From the NCBI GenBank assembly GCA_051251855.1, contig JBPOGI010000001.1:928001-992000 (forward strand): a stretch of 64,000 nt of DNA. The letters are read 5' to 3'. This document shows positions 55,680 through 64,000 of the stretch, piece by piece; within the stretch, counting starts at the first letter, position 1, and every line of letters starts with the position of its first letter. Under the pieces are notes generated by a model, which was given only the letters and a program-made list of their open reading frames with translations, searched no databases and had not been told where the DNA came from. The stretch is from Roseibacillus sp. (lineage in GTDB: Bacteria; Verrucomicrobiota; Verrucomicrobiia; Verrucomicrobiales; Akkermansiaceae). The position numbers were made by a program, and so were the translations under genes.

Positions 55680-58571
55680 TTATTTGCACAAAAAGGCGTC
55701 GAGGTTGAGGAGGACGTTGGCGACCACGGTGAGGGAGGCAAGTTGGGCGGCGTTTTCTGGGTTGGCAGGAGTGGGAACTGTGCCCGCAAGCTCCAAGGCT
55801 TCTTCGGGATTGGCTTCGTATTCGGCGAAGGTGTCTTGGTAGAGTTGAGCGAGGGCATCGACTTTCGCGCTTTCGACCTCATCTAACAGGACGAGTCGGT
55901 ATCCTTCACGGATTTGTTCGTTCAGGTCTTCGGAGTGCGCGGTCATCTTGCGGGCCAATGCTTGGGACGCTTCCACGAAGACGACGTCATTGAGAGTCAT
56001 GAAAGACTGCAGCGGAGTGTTGGTGCGGAAGCGACGCATCACGCAGACGTCGCGGGAGGCCATGTCAAAGGTGTCAAAAAGGGGATGGGGGTTGCTGCGC
56101 TTGAGGTAGGTATAGAGCGCGCGTCGATAGCGGTCGCGGCCCTTGCTTTCGACCCAAGCAGTGTTGCCGGAGAAAGCATTGGTGAAGGTCTTGATGGGGC
56201 TCGGGGGGTAGACTGGAGGTCCGTATAGGGTTCGATCGAGAAGTCCCGAAACAGCAAGCGCTTGGTCGCGGACGACTTCGGCAGTGAGTCGGAAGCGAGG
56301 ACCGCGCGATAGCAAGAGATTGCGTGGGTCGAGTTCGAGCTTCTCGGGGGTGGCCGTCGACGCCTGTTGATAGGCTGAAGTCATGACGAGAGTTTTGAGG
56401 AGCTTTTTCTGGTCCCAATCCTGCTCCATGAAGGTGACTGCTAACCAGTCTAACAGTTCGGGGTGAGAGGGGAGAGAACCTTGGGTTCCGAGGTCTTCTT
56501 CGGTCTCTACGATACCGATTCCGAAGAGGCGGGCCCAATACCGGTTCACGGCGACCCGAGCGGTGAGAGGGTTTTCCTTAGAGATAATCCATTGGGCCAC
56601 TCCTAAACGATTCTGAGGCGCGCCCTCAGGCATACTGCCATAAGTTTGTGGGATGGTAGGGCTGACTTCCTCGCCAGGCTGCAAGAATGAACCACGGGTC
56701 ATGATGTGGGTCTTGCGTTGCTTGTCGGTAGGGAGTTCGACCATGACCGGCACGCGCAGAGGCGAGTGGAGCTTTTGTTTGAGCTGGGCGAGTTGGCGTC
56801 CCAGCGGGTCGAGCTTCTTTTGTTTAAAGAGAGTGGCGGCATCCGTCACCTCAGTAGCGGAGAGCCGAACGCGGCCGGCGGTCAAGCGAGGCCACTGACC
56901 TTTGAATACGAGTTCCGTTTCTAGAATGGAGCCTTTGGGAGCTTGGATGGGCTTTGCGAGACTGAAGACCGCAGTGCGGCGGACTTTGTAACCCTCTTGT
57001 CGGTGGTTCACGGCCCACCCGTTCTTGTGGGGTTTATCGTCAATGACGTTCTCAATGTTGTAATTGGGTTGCGCGTGATCGGCAGCCGCCTTGGAGATTT
57101 TTTGAAGGGTTCGTTTGCCATCAGGAGTCAGGAGATAGAGCTTCACTTGACTCAAGATGAAGGCGCCTTCTGGGGCGCGCCCGACGTGGTCATTGTGTCG
57201 GATGTCAGGAATGACTTCGAGGCGCAGGGCACTCGTAGCGTTGAGAGGGGCGGGTGCGCGAAGGGTGTAAGTGGGGTATTCCGCATTGTTCCCGACGGCA
57301 AGTAGGGAGCCATCTTCCTGCGGCTCAAATTGAACGCCATCGGTGGCCGAGGAGTTGTCGAGAGGGAGAGTTTTCCACGGCGATTTCTCGAGTGCTTCTT
57401 GCTCAATACGAGCGATTTGAGAGCGGAGCTCTTCCTTTTCGTGCTCGCGGCCCATGGGCTCGACATCCATCCGTGGCCGGTCGTCGCGATGGTCGGTGTC
57501 CTTGGTTTGATTGAAGAAGGCGTAGAATTCGTAGTATTCCTGATGTGTGATGGGATCATACTTGTGGGTATGGCACTCGGCACAGCGAATGGTGAGACCC
57601 ATGGTAGAATTGACAGTGGTGCTCAGCCGGTCTTTGACGGCAATTGTTCGAAACTCTTCGTCGTTGGTTCCTCCTTCATTATTACTCAGAGTGAGTCGGT
57701 GAAAAGCAGTTGCGAGTCGCTGTTGGTCGGTGGCGTCTGGGAGAAGGTCGCCTGCAATTTGTTCAACGAGGAACTGATCGTAGGGCACGTTGTCGTTGTA
57801 GGCCTTGATGACCCAGTCACGCCAAGGCCAGATGTCGCGGTGTTCGTCACCAGAATAGCCAACGGTGTCGGCATAGCGGGCGAGGTCCATCCACATTGAG
57901 GCCCAATGCTCTCCGTATGCGGGAGAGGCTAAGAGGCGGTCGGCGGCGCCAGCAACGGCTTGTTGGGGAGCGCTCGCATAAGCTTCCGAAAAGGTGGTCA
58001 TCTCTTCCTGAGTAGGTGGAAGTCCTGTGAGGTCTAGCGAGAGTCGGCGAAGCATTTCGACGGCGGGAGCAGGCTCAGATGGGGAGAGATTTTTCTCCTG
58101 GAGTTTTGAGAGAACAAAACGGTCGATATCGCTCTGGCCCCATTCTGATTTTGCGACTTCGGGCAGGGCAGGTAAACTTGGAGGAACGAATGACCAATGG
58201 GTCTCGTATTCAGCTCCCTCAGTTATCCATTGCCTGAGAAGACTGATTTCCTCTTCGCTCAGAGAGTGCCCATGGTCTGGTGGAGGCATGACGTCGTCGG
58301 GGTCGTCTGTTTCGACGCGCTGGATGAGAAGACTCCCATCGGGGTCACCGGGAATAGCGCTCGCTTCGCCTTCAGCCGTGGAGGTGGCTCCTTCGAAGGT
58401 GTCAAGGCGTAGGTCTGCTTTTCTGTCTCCCGGGTCGGGGCCGTGGCATCCGATACAGTTCTTCGAGAGGATGGGGCGAATCTGAAAATTGAAAGAAATC
58501 TCTTCTGCAAGAGAGGCCGTTAAGAGAGCACAAGTGGTTGTGAGAAGAATAACAGGTGTTAAGTAACTCAT
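55680..58571 (-). CDS. PSD1 and planctomycete cytochrome c domain protein (DUF1549/DUF1553)
   Basis: CIGCH and CAECH heme motifs, HWSF, RRLSLDLTGLPP, NPLTARV, PSHPELLDWLA. Confidence 0.93.
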   Translation of the reverse strand: MSYLTPVILLTTTCALLTASLAEEISFNFQIRPILSKNCIGCHGPDPGDRKADLRLDTFEGATSTAEGEASAIPGDPDGSLLIQRVETDDPDDVMPPPDHGHSLSEEEISLLRQWITEGAEYETHWSFVPPSLPALPEVAKSEWGQSDIDRFVLSKLQEKNLSPSEPAPAVEMLRRLSLDLTGLPPTQEEMTTFSEAYASAPQQAVAGAADRLLASPAYGEHWASMWMDLARYADTVGYSGDEHRDIWPWRDWVIKAYNDNVPYDQFLVEQIAGDLLPDATDQQRLATAFHRLTLSNNEGGTNDEEFRTIAVKDRLSTTVNSTMGLTIRCAECHTHKYDPITHQEYYEFYAFFNQTKDTDHRDDRPRMDVEPMGREHEKEELRSQIARIEQEALEKSPWKTLPLDNSSATDGVQFEPQEDGSLLAVGNNAEYPTYTLRAPAPLNATSALRLEVIPDIRHNDHVGRAPEGAFILSQVKLYLLTPDGKRTLQKISKAAADHAQPNYNIENVIDDKPHKNGWAVNHRQEGYKVRRTAVFSLAKPIQAPKGSILETELVFKGQWPRLTAGRVRLSATEVTDAATLFKQKKLDPLGRQLAQLKQKLHSPLRVPVMVELPTDKQRKTHIMTRGSFLQPGEEVSPTIPQTYGSMPEGAPQNRLGVAQWIISKENPLTARVAVNRYWARLFGIGIVETEEDLGTQGSLPSHPELLDWLAVTFMEQDWDQKKLLKTLVMTSAYQQASTATPEKLELDPRNLLLSRGPRFRLTAEVVRDQALAVSGLLDRTLYGPPVYPPSPIKTFTNAFSGNTAWVESKGRDRYRRALYTYLKRSNPHPLFDTFDMASRDVCVMRRFRTNTPLQSFMTLNDVVFVEASQALARKMTAHSEDLNEQIREGYRLVLLDEVESAKVDALAQLYQDTFAEYEANPEEALELAGTVPTPANPENAAQLASLTVVANVLLNLDAFLCK

Positions 58572-58714
58572 CGCTACGACCTAAACGTTCCTGTGAGGGC
58601 CAAGTTTGCAGTTTTCTCGATATTATCGCCGTCGTTTGGACATGAAAAGGGCCCTTGTGATGGGCAGCCTTCAGTATCGACATTTTTAGCCAGTTTACTT
58701 AGGGTCTCGCGCAA

Positions 58715-60640
58715 ATGAGCGAGTGGAAATCAGTGTTGGCGGCCGCAGTGGCGGATGGGAATGTTTTGGACAGTTCTAAGGAGAACATCGAACAGTATCT
58801 TTTGGGAGCCAGCGGCGATGTCGCTGAAGCAGCCATCTCCGAGTTGGTGGAGGGCGCTCATTGGGAGGAAATCAACGACCGTTTCTATAAGTCTCTTGAA
58901 TTCGGAACTGGTGGATTGCGCGGCCGTACTATTGGCAAAGTGGTGACCAAAGCCGAGGAGGGTGTCGGTGGGCCCCTTGACCGTCCTGAGCATCCTTGCC
59001 AAGGAACTGCCACGATGAACTATCACAACGTCGGCCGCGCGATGCAGGGGTTCATTAAATATGTGAAGGCGAACAGCTCTGAGGAAAAACCGCGTTTTGT
59101 GATTGGCCATGATACTCGTCACTTTTCCCGCGACTATGCCGAATACTGCGCGAAGCTTTGCGCTGAGTTAGGTTGTGACGCCTACCTCTTCGATGGTCCG
59201 CGTGCGACGCCTCAGATTTCTTATCAAATTAGGCAAGTGAACGGGGCTGGGGGAGTGATTTTGACTGCGAGTCACAATCCCTATCATGACAATGGCTTCA
59301 AAGCTTATCTCGATGATGGCGGTCAGATTGTTGAGCCGGCGGCGAGTGGGATTATCGGTGAAGTGAATGCGCTACAAAGTGCCGAATACGAGGCGGTTCC
59401 CGCAGACCAGCAGGGCCAGGTGATTACTTTAGGTGCGGAAGCTGATGAAGTTTATATGGCCGAAACGCAGACTCTTCTTCTTCAGCCAGAGTTGCTCGAA
59501 GGTCGTTCCGCGAAGGTGGTCTACACGAGTATCCACGGCACGGGAGGACACATTGTGGTGCCACTCTTGAAGAAGCTTGGATTCGAAGTTTTGACCGTGC
59601 CAGAGCAGGAAATTTCAGATGGACGTTTTCCAACAGTGGCTTCTCCCAACCCTGAGAATGCGGAGGCCTTACAAATGGCGATGGACCTCGCGATCAAGGA
59701 AGGTGCTGAGGCCGTGATTGGAACCGATCCTGATTGTGACCGGATGGGGGTCGCAGTGCGTAATGCTGCAGGTGAGATGGAACTGATTACCGGCAACCAA
59801 ATCGGTTCCTTGATGGCCTGGTATCGGATCAAGACGATGTTCGAGAAGGGTTGGCTCACCGAGTCGAACCGCAGTCGCGCGGTGCTTATCAAGACTTTTG
59901 TTACGAGCACGCTGCAGGATACCATCGCGCATCAGAATGGCATTTCGGTAGTCAATACTTTAACTGGTTTCAAATGGATCGCGGCCAAGCTTCGCAAGTA
60001 TGAATACGCTTTGCCGAAGGATAAGGTGTCTGACTATCGCGCTTTATCGGCTGAAGAGAGCCGTAAGCTCCGTCTCGAGTATTCTAAATTCTTCGTCTTT
60101 GGTGGCGAAGAGAGCTACGGCTATCTTGGAGATGACTTTGTGCACGACAAAGATGGCAACGGAGCAGTGGTAATGTTCGCTGAACTGGTCGCTTATGCCG
60201 CGAGCAAGGGGTGTAAAGTGACTGACTTGATGGACGAGGTTTATCAAGAATACGGGGTCCATTTGGAAATCGGGAAATCGATTTATATGGAGGGCGCTGA
60301 AGGAGCAGCCAAGATTGCTAAACTTGCGAAGAGCTACTCCGAGAACCCGCCGACGGAAGTGGACGGAAGCAAGGTTGCGAAGGTGAGAGACTTTAATACG
60401 GATACCATTTTTGACGAAGAGGGGGACGAAGTTCCAGCTCAGGCAATGCTCATCGTTGACTTGGAGGATGGTCGTGTCTTTGCGGTGCGGCCCAGTGGCA
60501 CAGAACCTAAGATTAAATACTATCTCTTTGGGAAAGATGGAGCCAATCCTGCCGATTTAACCGCCAGCAAGGGCAAGGTTCTCAGCTCGTTGGAGTCGAT
60601 GTGGACGGCCATTGAGGCTGATATTGCCAATAGGATTTAG
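58715..60640 (+). CDS. Phosphoglucomutase/phosphomannomutase
   Basis: FGTGGLRG, TASHNP, DPDCDR, GEESYG, RPSGTEPK. Confidence 0.95.
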   Translation: MSEWKSVLAAAVADGNVLDSSKENIEQYLLGASGDVAEAAISELVEGAHWEEINDRFYKSLEFGTGGLRGRTIGKVVTKAEEGVGGPLDRPEHPCQGTATMNYHNVGRAMQGFIKYVKANSSEEKPRFVIGHDTRHFSRDYAEYCAKLCAELGCDAYLFDGPRATPQISYQIRQVNGAGGVILTASHNPYHDNGFKAYLDDGGQIVEPAASGIIGEVNALQSAEYEAVPADQQGQVITLGAEADEVYMAETQTLLLQPELLEGRSAKVVYTSIHGTGGHIVVPLLKKLGFEVLTVPEQEISDGRFPTVASPNPENAEALQMAMDLAIKEGAEAVIGTDPDCDRMGVAVRNAAGEMELITGNQIGSLMAWYRIKTMFEKGWLTESNRSRAVLIKTFVTSTLQDTIAHQNGISVVNTLTGFKWIAAKLRKYEYALPKDKVSDYRALSAEESRKLRLEYSKFFVFGGEESYGYLGDDFVHDKDGNGAVVMFAELVAYAASKGCKVTDLMDEVYQEYGVHLEIGKSIYMEGAEGAAKIAKLAKSYSENPPTEVDGSKVAKVRDFNTDTIFDEEGDEVPAQAMLIVDLEDGRVFAVRPSGTEPKIKYYLFGKDGANPADLTASKGKVLSSLESMWTAIEADIANRI

Positions 60641-60705
60641 GGTCCTTTTGCGCCTGTCAGATTTTTGCTGCGACTTTTGGTCGATATTGGGGTTTAGTTC
60701 GTCCT

Positions 60706-62067
60706 ATGAACAATTCTCTCGTTGCGGTTGGAGTCGGAGGCCTTCTTTTGGGTGGCGTTGGAGGCTTTTTGGCGGGAGGCAATGGAGTTTCCTCAAATGG
60801 AGCGGATGGCGACTCGAGTGCAACTAAGACGGAGCGAGCCAAGGTTGTTGCCGTTGATACGCGCCGAAGCGAGGTGATCCGTGATTTGTCTGAAGTTTAT
60901 CGCGAGCCTAGCCAGACTGCCCGGGTTCAGAAGATGTTGGACTATTACGCCAACTTGGGACCAGGAATGTTTGAGGCGGAAGCGGCGAAGCTGGATGAGT
61001 TGCCATTTTCTGAACGTATCCTCGCATCCTATCTTCTCTTCTCGCAATGGGCAGAAGTGGATCCCATTGCGGCTCTTGCGCACACCGATACGATGGGGCG
61101 TGGCGGTTTTTTTGTGAAGCCAACTGTTCTTCAAAGTTGGGCTTCTACGGATCCCGAGGCGGCGGCGCAGTTCCTCAAAGAGAATCCACGTGACTTTGCA
61201 ATGATGGGCATGATGGGAGGAGGACGAGGACAGGGCGCAGCAGGAACGATTGCTACTGAGTGGGCTCGTCAGGATCCGGAAGCGGCTCTGGCTTGGGCCA
61301 AAGGGCTCGATGGCCGAGAGTCTACTGGAGCGATTGCAAATGTGATTAAGCAAGTAGCGAGCGAAGACCCGGTGGCGGCTCTGGCCATGGCTAATGGTCT
61401 CGATGAAGAAGGGAAGTTGGCTGCCTACCGGTCAATTGCGCCGGAGTGGGCAAAAGACGATTGGGACGCGATGGAAAGTTGGGCTCGAGGTCTACCTGCT
61501 GAACAGCGTGATGCTGCTCTGGCGGAAGGTGCACGTGGGCTCGCGCAGCGTGACCCGATGGAGGCTGCGGCCAAGTTGCTGACGATTGCGGAAGGAGATG
61601 CCAAGAATCGGGCCTTCGATGATGTGATCGAAAGCTATGCCCAACAGGACCCACAAGGCGCGATGAATTTCCTTCTCACCAATGGTAGCGAGGATATTCA
61701 GGAAGATGCCATGCGTGAAGCGATGGGACCGCTGGCACGCACCAATCCTACTGCTGCGCTCGAGGTAATCAATTCTCTAGATGACAATGCCGTTCGTGAT
61801 CGAGCGGTCAGTACATACGTTTTTAGTGCGAATGATACGGACCCCCAGGAGGCAATAACTTTGGCTGCGACCATCGGCGATGATGAGACTCGGGAGCGAA
61901 CAGTGGGGATGGCTGCCGGACGCTGGTACCGCGAGGACGAAGCTGCAGCGGACGCCTATTTTGCCGATTCAGGTTTGATTGCTGACGACACACTCCAGCA
62001 GATTAAGGACCGCGCCGAGAATGGCGGAGACCGAGGTGGACGTCGGGGTGGTGGCCGAGGACGCTAA
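60706..62067 (+). CDS. Membrane-anchored alpha-helical repeat protein (W-x3-DP-x-AA repeats)
   Basis: N-terminal TM; repeats WAEVDPIAA, WASTDPEAA, WARQDPEAA and variants; Gly/Arg-rich tail. Confidence 0.7.
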   Translation: MNNSLVAVGVGGLLLGGVGGFLAGGNGVSSNGADGDSSATKTERAKVVAVDTRRSEVIRDLSEVYREPSQTARVQKMLDYYANLGPGMFEAEAAKLDELPFSERILASYLLFSQWAEVDPIAALAHTDTMGRGGFFVKPTVLQSWASTDPEAAAQFLKENPRDFAMMGMMGGGRGQGAAGTIATEWARQDPEAALAWAKGLDGRESTGAIANVIKQVASEDPVAALAMANGLDEEGKLAAYRSIAPEWAKDDWDAMESWARGLPAEQRDAALAEGARGLAQRDPMEAAAKLLTIAEGDAKNRAFDDVIESYAQQDPQGAMNFLLTNGSEDIQEDAMREAMGPLARTNPTAALEVINSLDDNAVRDRAVSTYVFSANDTDPQEAITLAATIGDDETRERTVGMAAGRWYREDEAAADAYFADSGLIADDTLQQIKDRAENGGDRGGRRGGGRGR

Positions 62068-62126
62068 GAAAAAGGGGGCAATTTGCCTCTTTCTGATTCT
62101 CCTGCACAAAGCATGATGGAGCTGAA

Positions 62127-62555
62127 ATGATTCCGTTTGCTGAGAGCCGGGTAGCCAGTGTCTTCGAGTGCTATCCTCGCGAGGTTAGGATACGAATGCT
62201 GGCGATTCGGGATCTCGTTTTCATGACTGCTCAGCGAATGGGTTTTGAGCAGGATTTGGTCGAGTCCCTGAAGTGGGGAGAACCGAGTTATACATGTCCT
62301 CAAGGTTCAACTCTTCGGATAGATTGGAAAGAAAAGGCCGCGGATTACTACCGGATGTTTTTCCACTGTCAAACGAACTTAGTTGAAACTTTTCGGAAGT
62401 TGTATCCTCAAGACTTTTACTACGAGGGTAACCGAGCGATCCGAGTCCTCGCAACGAGTGAACCGGATCTTGGTAAGCTTGCGCATTGTGTTGAGCTGTC
62501 TCTCAACTATCACTTAGTGAAGCATCTTCCTAATTTGGGTGTAGTGAAGGAGTGA
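62127..62555 (+). CDS. DUF1801 domain protein
   Basis: ESLKWGEPSY, FHCQT, EGNRA. Confidence 0.88.
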   Translation: MIPFAESRVASVFECYPREVRIRMLAIRDLVFMTAQRMGFEQDLVESLKWGEPSYTCPQGSTLRIDWKEKAADYYRMFFHCQTNLVETFRKLYPQDFYYEGNRAIRVLATSEPDLGKLAHCVELSLNYHLVKHLPNLGVVKE

Positions 62556-62559
62556 ATGA

Positions 62560-63753
62560 ATGGAATCTCTCTCTATCCCACAAGCGAGGAAGCTTGTCCT
62601 ATTATCGCAGAGGGTTCTGACAGTGCAGGGTGGCTCTGCCCAAGATGCGACGCTCTCTGCAATTGAGCATCTCGGCTACATTCAGATTGACGCGATTTCC
62701 GTGATAGAACGGGCCCATCATCATACCTTGTGGAATCGTAATCCACGGTATCAGAGTTCACAACTTGAACAGCTTGTCGAGAGCAGGCAGGTGTTCGAAT
62801 ACTGGGCTCATGCGGCGGCTTACTTACCCATGCGCGATTATCGGTTCAGCCTACCTCGCAAACAGTCTCTCGCAAGTGGAGCGCAAAGCCATTGGTATGA
62901 GCGTGACGAGGTGATGATGAGGTGGGTGAGTGAACGTATCGAGAACGAGGGTCCTCTGATGGCGAAGGATTTTGAGGTTGGTGAAAACAAGGTTGGTGAA
63001 TGGGAAATCAAGCCCGCGAAGCGAGCCCTAGAATATCTATTTATGCAGGGAGACCTCATGGCTTCCCGACGGATTAACTTTCAAAAAGTCTATGACCTTA
63101 CCGAACGGGTGTTGCCTGAAAATATTGACACAACTCAACCGAGTTCAACAGAATACGCTCGATTCCTCATTACAGGATATCTACGAGCGAATGGCTTGGG
63201 GCAAGCTGCAGAAATCGCGTATTTATTGAAGAAGACGAAGCCATTGGTAGCCGCCACTTTGGCAGAAATGGTTTCCAATGAGGAGCTGATTCAGATTCGA
63301 GTTGAGGGGCAAGTCTTCTATGCCTTGGTGACGGCATTGGAACTGTTAGGGAAGCCGCTCAGGCGTCGTCGGCTGAAAATTCTTTCGCCATTCGACAATT
63401 TGGTCATTCAACGTGAACGGATGAAGCGTCTGTTCGATTTCGACTATCTGATTGAGTGCTATGTCCCGATGGCAAAACGGCGTTACGGATACTTCTCACT
63501 TCCTATTCTATGGGACGGGAGAATGGTTGCTCGCATGGATTGCAAGGCAGAGAGAAACCTGTCTTTGCTGCATATTCATCATCTCGCGCTGGAGGCTAAG
63601 AAGTTAGACCTAGACTCGTTTTGTTCGGCCCTTCGAAGAGAATTGAAACTCTTCCTATCGTTCAATCAGTGCACTCGAATTCAGCTTCATAGAACAACGC
63701 CGATGGATATCAAATCGAGTTTGCAAGCTGAGTTCGACAAACTCATTTCCTAG
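62560..63753 (+). CDS. YcaQ/AlkZ-like (HTH_42) crosslink-repair DNA glycosylase
   Basis: QID catalytic motif, FEYWAH, YDLTER, LSPFD, ECYVP...RRYGY. Confidence 0.9.
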   Translation: MESLSIPQARKLVLLSQRVLTVQGGSAQDATLSAIEHLGYIQIDAISVIERAHHHTLWNRNPRYQSSQLEQLVESRQVFEYWAHAAAYLPMRDYRFSLPRKQSLASGAQSHWYERDEVMMRWVSERIENEGPLMAKDFEVGENKVGEWEIKPAKRALEYLFMQGDLMASRRINFQKVYDLTERVLPENIDTTQPSSTEYARFLITGYLRANGLGQAAEIAYLLKKTKPLVAATLAEMVSNEELIQIRVEGQVFYALVTALELLGKPLRRRRLKILSPFDNLVIQRERMKRLFDFDYLIECYVPMAKRRYGYFSLPILWDGRMVARMDCKAERNLSLLHIHHLALEAKKLDLDSFCSALRRELKLFLSFNQCTRIQLHRTTPMDIKSSLQAEFDKLIS

Positions 63754-64000
63754 GGCTTTGGCTCACGAAAGGCACAGCCTTCGAGGTGGTCATTCACCAT
63801 TCCACACGCTTGCATGAAGGCATATGCGGTGGTGGGTCCAACGAATTTCCAACCACGTTTCTTAAGTTCTTGAGAGAGGCGTTTGGAGGTGGGAGTGGAG
63901 GCAAGGGTAGAGAGGTTTGCTTTAGTGAGCTCTTTAGGGCGTTCGTCAGGAGGAGGAACGAATTGCCAGAAAAACTGGTCGAGGCTACCCGCTTCTTCTA
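63750..64000 (-). CDS. tag: DNA-3-methyladenine glycosylase I, 3' part (runs off window end)
   Basis: Manual translation ...LSQELKKRGWKFVGPTTAYAFMQACGMVNDHLEGCAFREPKP*. Confidence 0.92.
   Translation of the reverse strand, partial: EEAGSLDQFFWQFVPPPDERPKELTKANLSTLASTPTSKRLSQELKKRGWKFVGPTTAYAFMQACGMVNDHLEGCAFREPKP

Noticed and set aside
54206..58571. PSD1/cytochrome c plus DUF1501 pair as a new system
   Set aside because: A well-known, multicopy gene pair in Planctomycetes and Verrucomicrobia; its function is unknown but it is not new here.

Overview
A 64-kb bacterial chromosomal segment, most likely Verrucomicrobia (Verrucomicrobiales). This is inferred from PEP-CTERM proteins, an Amuc_1098-like secretin, a PSD1/DUF1501 pair, a DUF6797-like protein and mcsA-mcsB-clpC without ctsR. 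Most of the window is housekeeping: tatC, hisH, hisB, topoisomerase subunit A, ispD, pyrR, pyrB, hprK, ygfZ, fadL, ubiE, mgtE, ilvE, clpC, phosphoglucomutase and DNA glycosylases. The standout is a ~7.5-kb element (13810-21348) integrated in initiator tRNA-Met and bounded by a perfect 50-bp att repeat, with matching arm-type sites at both ends. It carries a unidirectional core of tyrosine integrase, an unknown protein, a Xis/AlpA-like protein, a primase, a DUF3987-like ATPase and a TerS-like HTH protein. There are no capsid, tail or conjugation genes, so it looks like a minimal phage-satellite-like island. Its two divergent cargo genes encode an HNH-motif lipoprotein and a membrane protein ending in an acyl-carrier-protein-like domain that lacks the phosphopantetheine serine. 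The island also shows a winged-helix-like segment duplicated between two adjacent genes, iteron-like repeats, a candidate ~55-nt antisense RNA and a three-way-junction structure. All family assignments come from motif recognition by eye; no searches were run.
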